From Flavobacteriales bacterium (GTDB taxonomy: Bacteria > Bacteroidota > Bacteroidia > Flavobacteriales_F > PHOS-HE28), in NCBI GenBank assembly GCA_041747675.1, contig JBGTES010000090.1, positions 19,582-83,581 of the forward strand: DNA of 64,000 nt. The letters are read 5' to 3'. Both the position numbers and the translations under genes were made by a program. Within the stretch, counting starts at the first letter, position 1, and every line of letters begins with the position of its first letter. The notes under the pieces are model-generated. The model was not told the origin of the DNA. It worked only from the letters and a program-made list of their open reading frames with translations, and made no database searches. This document shows, one piece after another, positions 1 through 10,061 of this stretch.

Positions 1-3000
1 CGAACGCAGCGAACGATACCAGCCGCTACTGGGTGATGAGTGGAAGGGTGAACGCCGCCGTGCCCTCGAACTTTGTGAGGAAGCCATCACGCGGCATCCG
101 GGATCTTTTGGTGCACGCAACGCGGAGGCCTTGAAGGCACGGCTGCTGGAACCCCGCCTCAGCCTGCGTGCGGAACGGGCCATAGTGCCGGGAGCGCCTT
201 TCCATGCGCTTCTGGGATACGCCAACCTGCAACGCGTACACCTGCGTGTGGTGAAAGATCCCTCCGGCCCCATGGATGACGAATTCCACGACCCGGAACG
301 CGAACGAAAACTCCTTCAAGCCAACCCCATCGCCACCTTGATCGTGGAACCACCTGATGATGGCGATCTTAATATGCATCACGTCGAGGTGCCGATGGCC
401 GGCTTGCCTCTAGGTCGATACGTGCTACTACTTTCCGATGGTGATCGGTTCCGACATGGAGTGGACCGCCTGGCCTATGCCACTTTCCAGGTCACGGGCC
501 TTGCGTGCGCAGATCGTACGCAGGGGGTGGAGGCCGATCTGGTGGTGTTGGATCGGGTGACCGGCGCACCCAGGAAGGAGGCCAAGGCCACGGCGTACAT
601 CCGTGAACATCGATCGGCCACCGAACGCTACACTGCGATCGGGAACCACACCACGGATGCCGATGGATTTGTAAGAGCCCAACTACAAGGGCATCAGGGA
701 ATGGTACGCTGGACGGTCACCGACGGTGCGGATACCTATACCTCTGGTGGCCGTTGGATCCATCCGTATCAGGATGGCCAAACAAGTGATAGCATCCGTA
801 CTTTCCTCTTCACCGACCGCGCGATCTACCGGCCGGGGCAGACCATCCACTTCAAAGGCATCGTCTCCGTAGCACGTGGTGGTACCACCCTCGTCAAGTC
901 GGGCCATGCTACGTCGTTGCGCGTGTTCGACGTGAACGGCCGTGTGACCGATTCGATGGAGGTGGTCACCGATGCCTTCGGATCGTTCCATGGCACTACT
1001 ACGGCACCCCCTGGCCTGACGGGCATGATCCGCATCGAAGAAAAGCATGGAAGCCAATGGGTGCGTGTGGAGGAATACAAGCGACCCACCTTCGAGGTCC
1101 ACTTCGACACCACGGCCGTGGATGCACGCCTCGGTGCATTGGTGGAACTTCGGGGAAGCGCCACCACCTATTCGGGTTCATCCTTGGATGGCGCAACTGT
1201 ACGCTGGACCGTTCGGCGCACGGCACGCATCCCCTGGTGGTCGGGAGGCTTTCGTGGGTTCCCGGGTTTGGGCAGGCCGGAGGAGATCGCCACCGGCACC
1301 TCAACCACCGATGCCCGGGGACGTTTCGCACTATCCTTCACCGCATGGCCTGATGCGAACATCGCGACACGGCATGATCCACTTTACCAATTCACTGTGG
1401 AAGCCGAGGTGACCGGGCAGGGTGGTGAGACACAGGCTGGAACTACCGCGATCAACGTAGGGCAGCGGTCATTCGAAGTGGATCTGATGGGTCTCGATGC
1501 AATGGACCGCAGCAAGGTGGAAGGCTTGCCGCTGGCCATCCGCGATCTTGCTGGACGCCCAATGGACCGCACCGTCACCGTTCGCATCGAGAAACTCGTG
1601 ACCCCGCGCGGCACACCACGCCCCAGGCGTATTTGGGACCGACCTGATCGTTTGTTGGCTGGCCAGGTGCGCGATCCCCGTGATCACGATCCTATAGATG
1701 GCGATGTGGAGGAAGTGAAGTTGGATCTTCCGGAATGGCACACGGACAGTGGCCTGGTGCACCTGCCGGGCATCCGCGGCTGGGATGTTGGGAGCTACCG
1801 CATCACAATGCGTGTGGCAGATGCGCCGGGCGATACCCTGGAGGTGCGACAGCACTTCACGGTCTACGACCCCACGGTGGAACGCAGTGGTTTCGTGCAT
1901 GAGGCGATCAGCATACGCCCGGTGAAGATGCGGGTCCAGCCCGGCGATGAAGCAGAACTGTTGGTGGGCACCGCAGCGCCCTACGCCAGGATCCTCATGG
2001 AAGTGGAACGTGGCGGGACGATCGTGGCCACGCGTTGGTTCACCCTGCGCAATGAACAACAACTGGTGCGTCTGCCTGTGATGGAAAGCGATCGGGGCGG
2101 TTTCGCGGTACACTTCATCGCTGTATCAGCGGGCCGCGAAACGAACATCACACATGCCGTGGAGGTGCCCTGGGATGACAAGGAGTTGCGCGTGGAGTGG
2201 ATGAGTTTCCGGGACCGCACGCTGCCAGGTGCGCAGGAGGAATGGCGCATGCGCATCACCGGTGCGCAGCGCGAGAAAGTTTCGGCCCAGTTGCTCGCCA
2301 CCCTCTACGATGCTTCATTGGATCATTTCGTGCCGCACGGCTTCAACATGTTCCAATGGCCCAGCTACCAGGTACGAAAAGGCTGGCAGCGCGTGGAGCC
2401 TGTTGGCGCACGCGTCGGCATCGCCATGCAACGGGCGGATGATCTGCCGCGCGACACGGTGCGCGTCTGGCCGGAGATCGATGTGCGCTGGTCGCTAAGT
2501 GACAATTGGTATGGCTACTACATTCAAGGGATTAGGAGCGGTGTAGCGGCCAGCGGGGTGCAGGAAATGGCCGGGGACCGTGTAGCGGAAACGGCGGTGA
2601 ACGAGGAGTCCACCGGCGAAGCGTTAGCTGATATTCTGGCCGTGGGTTCCGAAGTGAAGCAGAGCGCAGACTTGTTACCGCCGCCCTTGCGCAGCGACTT
2701 CCGCGAAACGGCCTTCTTCTTCCCCGACCTGCTCACTGATCCCAGTGGCGATGTGGTCTTGCGCTTCACCATGCCCGAGGCGCTCACACGCTGGCGCTTG
2801 CTGGGGCTGGCGCATACATCCGACCTGAAGCTGGCACACCTGGAGCGCGAGGTGGTCACGCGCAAGACCTTGATGGTGATGCCGAACCTTCCGCGTTTCT
2901 TGCGCGAGGGGGACCGCATCATCCTTACTGCACGTATCGATGTATTGGAAGGAGAGGCCTTGAGTGGTACCGCGCGCCTGCACCTGATCGACCCGCACAC

Positions 3001-5041
3001 CGGCAAGAGCGTTGAAGGGATCTCAGGACCAGTCCAGGATGATAAGCCATTCACTGCAGGGCCCGGGGCCAGTGCCGTGGTCCACTGGGAAGTGGTGGTG
3101 CTGCCGGGGATCGATGCGATGGCCGTCCGCATCGAGGCCAGGACCGATGGCCATGCGGATGGCGAGGAGCGCACCCTGCCCGTACTCAGCGATCGGGTGC
3201 TGCTCACTGCGAGCTTGCCCATGGCCTTGCGCGGACCGGGCACCCGCATGTTCAAGTTGCCTGCTCTCCTGAATTCCGGCACGTCATCCAGCGTGGGGCA
3301 TCAGAGTCTGCAACTGGAGTTCACGGCCAACCCTGCCTGGTACGCCGTGCAGGCATTGCCCTACCTGATGGAGTTCCCGCATGCCTGTGCGGAACAGATC
3401 TTCGGGCGCTTCTATGCCAACACCCTCGCAGCGCATGTTTCGCGTGAGCGGCCAGCGATACGCGAAGTGTTCGAGGCATGGCGGCACGCAGCGGAGGCAG
3501 GCGGTCCGGACGCCTTCCTGAGTGCACTGGAAAAGAACCCGGAACTGAAGGGGATCGTGCTGGAGGAGACACCGTGGGTGTTGCAGGCACGCGACGAAAG
3601 CGAGCGCAAGCGGCGCATCGCATTGTTGTTCGACCTGCAGCGCATGGCCACAGAACAGGGCATCGCCTTGGGGAAGTTGCGGGACATGCAGTTGAATGAA
3701 GGATCCTGGCCGTGGTTCAGCGGCATGGGAGGATCGCGCTGGGTAACACAGCACATCGTGGCGGGCTTCGGTCACCTGGAGCGCTTGGGTGCCGCCGACC
3801 TGCGCCCGGATGGCGAGACCCAGAGGATGTTGCAACGGGCCGTTCGCTGGCTGGATGTGGAGTTGGAACGCGAACACAAGGAGCGCCAGAACAGGTTGAG
3901 CGCTGATGAGCGGGCACGGTACCGCCCCGGATATGGGGAACTGTTCCTGCTCTATGCCCGCGGTTTTTTCCCGCGCTGGCCGGGGAGTGCCAATGCACAG
4001 ACCGCCATGCGATATCTGCGCGAACGGCTGGCCGCCGAATGGACCAACTACGGCTTGCAGGAACAAGCGATGATCGCGTTGGTGCTGCACCGCGCCGACG
4101 CGTATGGAACGCCCAAAAGCATCCTTGCATCATTGAAGGAGCGTGCCACTGTGGATGAGGAGCTGGGCATGTATTGGAAAGGCTTCCGTCCGGGTTATCA
4201 ATGGAACGAGTTCCCCACCGAGACGCACGCCCTCTTGATCGAAGCCTTCCACGAGGTAGGCGTTGATGCGGAAGCGGTCGAAGGACTGCGGCAACACCTG
4301 CTTACTCTGAAGCGCACCACCGATTGGGGCACCACCAAGGCCACGGCCACAGCAGTACATGCCCTGCTGCTCACAGGGCCCGACCTTCTGGCGGAAAAGG
4401 AAGCGGCTGTGATCGAAGTGGGTGGTGAACGCGCTGGGATGGAGGATGCCGAAGCGGGCACAGGTTACATCTCGAAGCGCTGGCCGGCCGGATCCATCAC
4501 GCCAGCAATGGGCACCGTGCGCATCAGCACCAGCGATACAGGCACCGTATGGGGCGCGCTGCACTGGCAGTATTTCGAACGCATGGATCAGGTGGAGGCA
4601 CACGGTGGTCCATTCGAATTGAAACACGCTTTGGTACTGCGCGAACGCGACGAGAGTGGCACCCGGCTGATACCCTTGGACGCAGCGCGGCCCCTGATCC
4701 CTGGTGATCGTGTTACGGTGCGGATGGTGCTTACCACGGACCGCTGGCTGGACCATGTGCACCTGAAGGACCTGCGCGCCGCCGGTCTGGAGCCGGTGGG
4801 AACGCTCAGTGGGGCGCATTGGCAGGGGGGACTTTCCTACTACCAGAGCATCCGAGACGCAGCCATGCACTTCTTCTTCGACCGCCTGGCGCCAGGTGAA
4901 CACGTGTTCGAATACGATCTGCGCGTCACGCACGCTGGTGACATGAGCAATGGTGTGGCCACTGTGCAATGCATGTATGCACCCGAGTACGGGGCCAACA
5001 GCGAAGGTGTGCGACTGAAAGTGCTGCACAGCGCGCCCTGA
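1..5041 (+). CDS. alpha-2-macroglobulin family protein, 5'-truncated at the window edge; frame is open from nt 2, first in-window ATG at 131
   Basis: 1636+ aa. Contains the MG-domain region and thioester motif FPHACAEQ (CxEQ) about 1085 aa into the in-window part, plus the C-terminal receptor-binding-like region. Size and motif order match bacterial A2M (YfhM/ECAM-like). Confidence 0.85.
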   Translation, partial: ERSERYQPLLGDEWKGERRRALELCEEAITRHPGSFGARNAEALKARLLEPRLSLRAERAIVPGAPFHALLGYANLQRVHLRVVKDPSGPMDDEFHDPERERKLLQANPIATLIVEPPDDGDLNMHHVEVPMAGLPLGRYVLLLSDGDRFRHGVDRLAYATFQVTGLACADRTQGVEADLVVLDRVTGAPRKEAKATAYIREHRSATERYTAIGNHTTDADGFVRAQLQGHQGMVRWTVTDGADTYTSGGRWIHPYQDGQTSDSIRTFLFTDRAIYRPGQTIHFKGIVSVARGGTTLVKSGHATSLRVFDVNGRVTDSMEVVTDAFGSFHGTTTAPPGLTGMIRIEEKHGSQWVRVEEYKRPTFEVHFDTTAVDARLGALVELRGSATTYSGSSLDGATVRWTVRRTARIPWWSGGFRGFPGLGRPEEIATGTSTTDARGRFALSFTAWPDANIATRHDPLYQFTVEAEVTGQGGETQAGTTAINVGQRSFEVDLMGLDAMDRSKVEGLPLAIRDLAGRPMDRTVTVRIEKLVTPRGTPRPRRIWDRPDRLLAGQVRDPRDHDPIDGDVEEVKLDLPEWHTDSGLVHLPGIRGWDVGSYRITMRVADAPGDTLEVRQHFTVYDPTVERSGFVHEAISIRPVKMRVQPGDEAELLVGTAAPYARILMEVERGGTIVATRWFTLRNEQQLVRLPVMESDRGGFAVHFIAVSAGRETNITHAVEVPWDDKELRVEWMSFRDRTLPGAQEEWRMRITGAQREKVSAQLLATLYDASLDHFVPHGFNMFQWPSYQVRKGWQRVEPVGARVGIAMQRADDLPRDTVRVWPEIDVRWSLSDNWYGYYIQGIRSGVAASGVQEMAGDRVAETAVNEESTGEALADILAVGSEVKQSADLLPPPLRSDFRETAFFFPDLLTDPSGDVVLRFTMPEALTRWRLLGLAHTSDLKLAHLEREVVTRKTLMVMPNLPRFLREGDRIILTARIDVLEGEALSGTARLHLIDPHTGKSVEGISGPVQDDKPFTAGPGASAVVHWEVVVLPGIDAMAVRIEARTDGHADGEERTLPVLSDRVLLTASLPMALRGPGTRMFKLPALLNSGTSSSVGHQSLQLEFTANPAWYAVQALPYLMEFPHACAEQIFGRFYANTLAAHVSRERPAIREVFEAWRHAAEAGGPDAFLSALEKNPELKGIVLEETPWVLQARDESERKRRIALLFDLQRMATEQGIALGKLRDMQLNEGSWPWFSGMGGSRWVTQHIVAGFGHLERLGAADLRPDGETQRMLQRAVRWLDVELEREHKERQNRLSADERARYRPGYGELFLLYARGFFPRWPGSANAQTAMRYLRERLAAEWTNYGLQEQAMIALVLHRADAYGTPKSILASLKERATVDEELGMYWKGFRPGYQWNEFPTETHALLIEAFHEVGVDAEAVEGLRQHLLTLKRTTDWGTTKATATAVHALLLTGPDLLAEKEAAVIEVGGERAGMEDAEAGTGYISKRWPAGSITPAMGTVRISTSDTGTVWGALHWQYFERMDQVEAHGGPFELKHALVLRERDESGTRLIPLDAARPLIPGDRVTVRMVLTTDRWLDHVHLKDLRAAGLEPVGTLSGAHWQGGLSYYQSIRDAAMHFFFDRLAPGEHVFEYDLRVTHAGDMSNGVATVQCMYAPEYGANSEGVRLKVLHSAP

Positions 5042-5060
5042 CCCGCATAACTTCGCGGCC

Positions 5061-5600
5061 ATGCGAATCCCTGTCATCCTCCCCGCATGCCTTGTACTTC
5101 TCGCCTGCGGCGACGGCAAGCGCGAAGCTGCCCAGCACCTGGCGGAGTTGGAAGCTGAAGCCGCTGCCAAGTCACAAGAGTATCTGCTGGACCTTCAGGC
5201 CTATGACCTGCCACTTGTGGTGTCCCTGCCCGAGGTAAGCACGCCCGGCGCGGACTCCACCTACGCCAAGGCCAAATGGAACGAGGAATTCGGCCACCTG
5301 CGGGTCTCGGCCGGACCGCGCTTCGCGATCACCATTACCGAGGACGTGGGCGACATCGCCCGGCTAAAAGCCGATCTGGAGCGTGACATGCTGCGGCGCC
5401 ATACCATTCTGGAGGATTCCTCAGACAAGTTGGTGTACCGGCAACAGTTCCCCGACGATGACCTGGTCTTCATCCATTTCTACCAGATGATCACGGCTAA
5501 TGGGCGGAGCTTCGTGGTGGAGAGCGCCAGTGACGGCCGCTTCAGCGAATCCGACGTGGCCTTCATGGCCGCTTCCGTGCGCCCCAATATCCCGCTTTGA
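5061..5600 (+). CDS. hypothetical lipoprotein
   Basis: N-terminus MRIPVILPACLVLLACGDGK is a lipobox with Cys. 179 aa, no recognisable domain. Lies 20 nt after the A2M stop. Confidence 0.5.
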   Translation: MRIPVILPACLVLLACGDGKREAAQHLAELEAEAAAKSQEYLLDLQAYDLPLVVSLPEVSTPGADSTYAKAKWNEEFGHLRVSAGPRFAITITEDVGDIARLKADLERDMLRRHTILEDSSDKLVYRQQFPDDDLVFIHFYQMITANGRSFVVESASDGRFSESDVAFMAASVRPNIPL

Positions 5601-5601
5601 C

Positions 5602-6216
5602 ATGATCTCCAGGTCCTTGTCCGTGCTCGCGGTCGCGGCTCTCCTCGCTGCGTTGCCCGCCCTTGCCCAGCAGGACGATGCCTGGCTCCGCAAGGTGAAT
5701 TCCTACTGGGATGCACAGGACACCAAGTTCCGCGACCCCGCGCGAACCCCTTTGCTACCGGCGGACCAGGGAACCTTCAACATGTTGGATCGTTACATGC
5801 CGGATGAGCGCTATCGGGTCACATGCAAGTTCATCCCCAGGCAGGGTGAGGATTTCGGCATGCCCAGCACTGGTAGCAAGCGTCCCATTTACCGCAGCAT
5901 GGGGGTGCTCACCTTTATGATCGACAGCACTTCATACAAGCTCACCGTGTACCAGAACCGTGATGCCGCCAAGGACGCCCGCTACGCCAACCACCTTTTC
6001 GTTCCCTTCACGGACCTCACCAACGGAGAGACCACTTACGGCGGCGGGCGGTACATCGACCTGATCGGACCTTTGGACGGTACGGTGGTGTTGGACTTCA
6101 ACCTGGCTTACAACCCTTTATGTGCATACGGAGGCAGCTACAACTGCCCCATTCCACCGAAGGAGAACCACCTGAACGTTGCGATCAAGGCGGGCGTCAA
6201 GGCGTGGGATCATTGA
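5602..6216 (+). CDS. DUF1684-like secreted protein
   Basis: Signal peptide MISRSLSVLAVAALLAALPALAQQ. Motifs YGGGRY and FNLAYNPLCAYG are recalled as DUF1684-like. The track ORF starts upstream at 5500; the ATG at 5602 gives a proper signal peptide. Confidence 0.55.
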   Translation: MISRSLSVLAVAALLAALPALAQQDDAWLRKVNSYWDAQDTKFRDPARTPLLPADQGTFNMLDRYMPDERYRVTCKFIPRQGEDFGMPSTGSKRPIYRSMGVLTFMIDSTSYKLTVYQNRDAAKDARYANHLFVPFTDLTNGETTYGGGRYIDLIGPLDGTVVLDFNLAYNPLCAYGGSYNCPIPPKENHLNVAIKAGVKAWDH

Positions 6217-6362
6217 CAAACACCTCCATCTGTCGATACCTTGCACGTATTCGTCGACGCTTTCTGCAACTTGCTCAAGACCTCGACGTATAGGTTATCC
6301 ACCAAGCTCGGAAAAGCGGCCCCCAAGCCTTATCCTTGCCCTTCATTTTCGCCCCAGTAGCC

Positions 6363-7151
6363 ATGCGATCGATCCACATCCTTTTCGCCGCTGTCCTCAC
6401 GCTTCCCGGTCTGGCCGGCACCATCGTCATCGAGGGCAACTACCAGGGCCGCAACCTCTTCATCCAGAACCCCTTCTCCGAGGCCGGGGTGGGCTTTTGC
6501 GTGTTCGACGTGACGGTGAATGGTCAGATCGCCACCGACGAGATCAATTCCAGTGCTTTCGAGATCGATATGAACAACTTCGGCCTGAAGATGGGCGACC
6601 CCGTGGTGGTGAATATCCGCCACAAGGATGGCTGCACACCGGTGGTGCTCAATCCCGAAGTGCTCCGTCCGCGCAGCACCTTCGATATCGTGAAGCAAAA
6701 CGTCTCCGATGACGGAACCTACACCTGGACCGCCACGAACGAGACGGGGGAGTTACCCTATATCGTGGAACAGAAACGCTGGAACAAGTGGGTGAAGACG
6801 GGCGAGGTAATGGGAAAGGGCAAGCCCGGGGAGCATACGTACAGCTTCAAGGTGACGCCCCACAGCGGAGAGAACACCTTCCGCGTGAAGCAGGTGGACA
6901 TGACACGCCGGGCACGCATCAGCGAAAGTGTGACCTTCACCGACGGCGGTGTGGCCGCGGTGACCTGGGGCCCGCCAAAGCCCAAGGAGGAGATCGTTTT
7001 CAGTGGCAATACGATGTTCGAGATCTACGATGAGTACGGTAACATCGTGAAGCGGGGCACCGCCGACCGTGTGGAGGTGGCCAGCCTGAAGCGCGGCACC
7101 TACTATGTGAACTACGACAACAAGACCGGCGAGACCTTCATCAAGCGCTGA
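6363..7151 (+). CDS. hypothetical secreted protein with probable T9SS C-terminal sorting domain
   Basis: Signal peptide MRSIHILFAAVLTLPGLAG. C-terminus FEIYDEYGNIVKRG...LKRGTYYVNYDNKTGETFIKR resembles a Por_Secre_tail. Confidence 0.5.
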   Translation: MRSIHILFAAVLTLPGLAGTIVIEGNYQGRNLFIQNPFSEAGVGFCVFDVTVNGQIATDEINSSAFEIDMNNFGLKMGDPVVVNIRHKDGCTPVVLNPEVLRPRSTFDIVKQNVSDDGTYTWTATNETGELPYIVEQKRWNKWVKTGEVMGKGKPGEHTYSFKVTPHSGENTFRVKQVDMTRRARISESVTFTDGGVAAVTWGPPKPKEEIVFSGNTMFEIYDEYGNIVKRGTADRVEVASLKRGTYYVNYDNKTGETFIKR

Positions 7152-7171
7152 TCGATCGCCGAGTAACTTTT

Positions 7172-7200
7172 TGGAAGCCCTCCCGCTGCGGAGGGCTTTC
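7172..7200 (+). terminator. putative intrinsic terminator hairpin
   Basis: aagccctcccgc-tgc-ggagggcttt forms a 9-bp GC-rich stem immediately after the stop at 7151. Confidence 0.4.
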
Positions 7201-7241
7201 TACTTGGACCCCATGTGCGCCACAGACCCGACCTTCGCGGT

Positions 7242-7664
7242 ATGTTGATCCGTGTAGAACACATCGGCATCGCCGTGAAGGACCTGGAGGCCGCCGAGGC
7301 GATCTACACCAAGCTTCTGGGCGAAGGGCCATACAAACGCGAAGCGGTGCAAAGCGAAGGGGTGATCACCTCCTTTTTCAAGACCGGCCCCAACAAGATC
7401 GAATTGCTGGAAAGCACGGATGCGCAAGGACCCATTGCCAGGGCGATCGAAAAACGTGGGGAGGGCATCCACCACATCGCCTTTGAGGTGGCCGATATCC
7501 GCGCCGAGATGGCACGCTTGAAAGCCGAAGGATTCACACTGCTGAGCGAAGAGCCCAAACCCGGCGCCGACAACAAGATGGTGTGCTTCATACATCCCAA
7601 GGGCACAGGTGGCGTATTGGTGGAACTGTGTCAGGAACGCGAGCAGGTGGGGTCTGGGGCATAG
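7242..7664 (+). CDS. mce: methylmalonyl-CoA epimerase (VOC/glyoxalase family)
   Basis: VEHIGIAVKDLEAAEAIYTKLLG...HHIAFEVADI...GGVLVELCQ is the typical epimerase pattern at about 140 aa. Confidence 0.75.
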   Translation: MLIRVEHIGIAVKDLEAAEAIYTKLLGEGPYKREAVQSEGVITSFFKTGPNKIELLESTDAQGPIARAIEKRGEGIHHIAFEVADIRAEMARLKAEGFTLLSEEPKPGADNKMVCFIHPKGTGGVLVELCQEREQVGSGA

Positions 7665-7688
7665 GCGATCGGTGCCTCCTGCATCCCA

Positions 7689-8321
7689 TCACAGCCCGAG
7701 CCGCCATACCAGTCCGAGCACATCCTCCTTGTCAAGGTCCAGATGTTCGGCTTGCAGGCCCGCCTTACGGGCGCCCACCACATGCTGGATGGAATCATCG
7801 ATGAAAAGCGTGCGGGCCGGGTCGGCGCCATGTTGCCCGAGCACATTAAGGAAGATGTCCACATCCGGCTTGCGCATGCCCAATTCGCAGCTATAGTAAG
7901 CACCATGGAACAGAGACCTGAAGTTGGCGATACCATGATCGCGGTTTACGATCGCCTCGAATGCAGGTACATGGATGGCGTTGGTATTGCTCAACAACAG
8001 CACAGGCAGGCGCTCACTCAGTCGCCGGACCAGCGCGATCCTTTCCGCGGGGATGGTGCCCAGCATCATGTTCCAGCAATGATCGATCGCCGCGTCCGTC
8101 AATTGTACCCGAAGAAGCACGCGCACCGCATCGCGAAAGCCCGCAGGTGAGAGCTCGCCAGTCTCGAAGCGATCGAACACATCGGTCTGTCGCGCCTTGG
8201 AGAAGGAACGTTCGAAGTCGGGCACGCCATGGGCAGCGAAGGCACGCGCGGTGGCCAGGTGATCCACATCAATGAGCACGCCACCGAGGTCCAGCACCAG
8301 GGTGTCGATCCGCTCTTGCAC
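7689..8321 (-). CDS. HAD family hydrolase
   Basis: HAD motif I DLGGVLIDVD at the N-terminus. Apparent GTG start 5 nt after the upstream serine hydrolase stop, so probably co-transcribed. Confidence 0.7.
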   Translation of the reverse strand: MQERIDTLVLDLGGVLIDVDHLATARAFAAHGVPDFERSFSKARQTDVFDRFETGELSPAGFRDAVRVLLRVQLTDAAIDHCWNMMLGTIPAERIALVRRLSERLPVLLLSNTNAIHVPAFEAIVNRDHGIANFRSLFHGAYYSCELGMRKPDVDIFLNVLGQHGADPARTLFIDDSIQHVVGARKAGLQAEHLDLDKEDVLGLVWRLGL

Positions 8322-8326
8322 GGGCC

Positions 8327-9796
8327 TCAGGGCAGTTTCAGAAAATGCACTCGGCCCTGCGCATCCACCGCACGGAGCATCAGCAGTCCACTGTGATGTG
8401 GACCCCAGAGCATGTGGGGTCGCAGGGTCGCGCGTTCCAGCAGGCGCCCTGTCGCATCGAGCACTTCCAGCAGCACGGGCCTATCCCCGGTCCATTCCAC
8501 CTGACGTTCGCGCGGCAAGAGGGTGCCGGCGGATGCCTCAACGTTGTATCCGGTGCTGAGGCATCCGGGATAGGCGTGTGTGCCCAGTGCTGCGTAGACC
8601 TCCTCCTCCACGCGGTACCAGGCGCTGTTGATGCCGAGCGCGTAATTGTTGCCGGGGGTATATCCGTTGGTGAGGAACACCAGTCCGAGACCGGTGACGG
8701 GGTCCAGGTATAGGTCGCTGATAAGTCCGTAGGCTTCGCCTGCATGACCCAGCATGGGGATGCCGGGCAGTATCACATCGCCACCCATCGTGGCCGTGAT
8801 GCGGTGCACACCCAGTCCCCATGAGCGGAACAGGCCGAAGTAGTTGTTGCCGTTGCCTTGGCCCCAGGTCCATTCGTTGGCGGCCATGGTGGCCCAGGTG
8901 GCGGGCTGGAGTATGGTGATACCATCCACCGTGCCTTCGCCGTGCATGAGCTTCAGCACCTGTGCCAGTTCCAGCGCGCTGCATCGCAGGCCACCCTGGG
9001 GTGCGAAATACAGGCCGTTGCTTCCAATGGTGTAACCGCTCAGGTCGGGTGCCGGTGGCATCACCCCACCGAAATTGTCGGCCTGGGCGATGCTGTTGCG
9101 GTAGAGTACGGCCAGATCGCCGATCTCATCCAGGTCCTGGATGTTGAACGAACCCGCGATACCCATGGGAAGCAGGATGTGCTCACGCATGTACTGGTCG
9201 AAGCGCTGGCCGCTGTTCGCCTCGATCAGGGTGCCGATGATACCGTAGTTCGCGTTACTGTACATGAAATAGGTGCCGGGCGCTTCGGTGCGCCACATGT
9301 TACTTGTGTACCATGTGCCGCCGGGCATTACGAGTTGTTGGATCGGTGGTGGGGGCGTACCGGCATAGGTGGCGCTGAGGAAATTCGCGTAACCTGTTCC
9401 GTCCTGCAGACTGCTGCGGTGGCTCAGCAGCATGCGATAGGTGACCGGTGTATCGGGATAGGTCGGGTTTCGGAAACTGAAGCCCAGAGCGATGCTTACG
9501 TCATCGTCCAGCCCGAAAGCGCCCTGTTCATGCAACCTCATCAGGCCCATTGCTGTGACAAGCTTGCTGATGGAGGCGATGCGGTAGCGTGTATCATCGT
9601 TCACCGGGGTGAGCGGGATGAGGTTGCGGTAGCCGTAGTGGACCACATGGCTCACTTGATCGCCGCAGGTGGCCACCACGCTCATGCCCACCAATCCGCG
9701 TTGTGTGGCGATGGCCGTGAGATCCTGATGAAGGGTTTGGGCCGGCGCGTATGCAGATACCAACAAGGTGGCCCACAGGAAGCATGTTCGGATCAT
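8327..9796 (-). CDS. serine hydrolase (beta-lactamase/transpeptidase fold) with T9SS C-terminal domain
   Basis: Signal peptide MIRTCFLWATLLVSAYAPAQT. S-x-x-K motif ASISKLVTAMG. C-terminal Por-type tail ...LLEVLDATGRLLERATLRPHMLW...VHFLKLP. Confidence 0.75.
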   Translation of the reverse strand: MIRTCFLWATLLVSAYAPAQTLHQDLTAIATQRGLVGMSVVATCGDQVSHVVHYGYRNLIPLTPVNDDTRYRIASISKLVTAMGLMRLHEQGAFGLDDDVSIALGFSFRNPTYPDTPVTYRMLLSHRSSLQDGTGYANFLSATYAGTPPPPIQQLVMPGGTWYTSNMWRTEAPGTYFMYSNANYGIIGTLIEANSGQRFDQYMREHILLPMGIAGSFNIQDLDEIGDLAVLYRNSIAQADNFGGVMPPAPDLSGYTIGSNGLYFAPQGGLRCSALELAQVLKLMHGEGTVDGITILQPATWATMAANEWTWGQGNGNNYFGLFRSWGLGVHRITATMGGDVILPGIPMLGHAGEAYGLISDLYLDPVTGLGLVFLTNGYTPGNNYALGINSAWYRVEEEVYAALGTHAYPGCLSTGYNVEASAGTLLPRERQVEWTGDRPVLLEVLDATGRLLERATLRPHMLWGPHHSGLLMLRAVDAQGRVHFLKLP

Positions 9797-9928
9797 GCTG
9801 CCAAATTACGCCGTGGTGTGGGGCACACGCTGTCACGTGTTGCCCATCGCCACCAACCATCCGCCAAACCACCATGGCCACCACGAGCGCAGCGAACGCC
9901 GGTGCTCCAGTACCTTCGCCGCGCGACC

Positions 9929-10001
9929 GGGCCCATAGCTCAGCGGTCAGAGCAGGGGACTCATAATCCCTTGGTCGCAGGTTCAAATCCTGCTGGGCCC
10001 A
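9929..10001 (+). tRNA. tRNA-Met (anticodon CAT), elongator-like (G1:C72 paired); tRNA-Ile2 (lysidine) cannot be excluded
   Basis: Hand-folded cloverleaf. Acceptor GGGCCCA/TGGGCCC, D-arm GCTC...GAGC, anticodon stem GGGGA/TCCCT with loop CTCATAA, T-arm GCAGG-TTCAAAT-CCTGC, discriminator A. 73 nt. Confidence 0.85.
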
Positions 10002-10061
10002 CCCACCACGCCATGTCCCCGCCCGCGGGGATCCGGCCTGCAACGTCGAGGAGCAACGAAA

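Noticed and set aside
9929-10001. Considered whether the tRNA-Met is the initiator species.
   Set aside because: G1:C72 is base-paired and the anticodon stem lacks the three consecutive G-C pairs typical of bacterial initiator tRNA, so it is elongator Met or Ile2-type.
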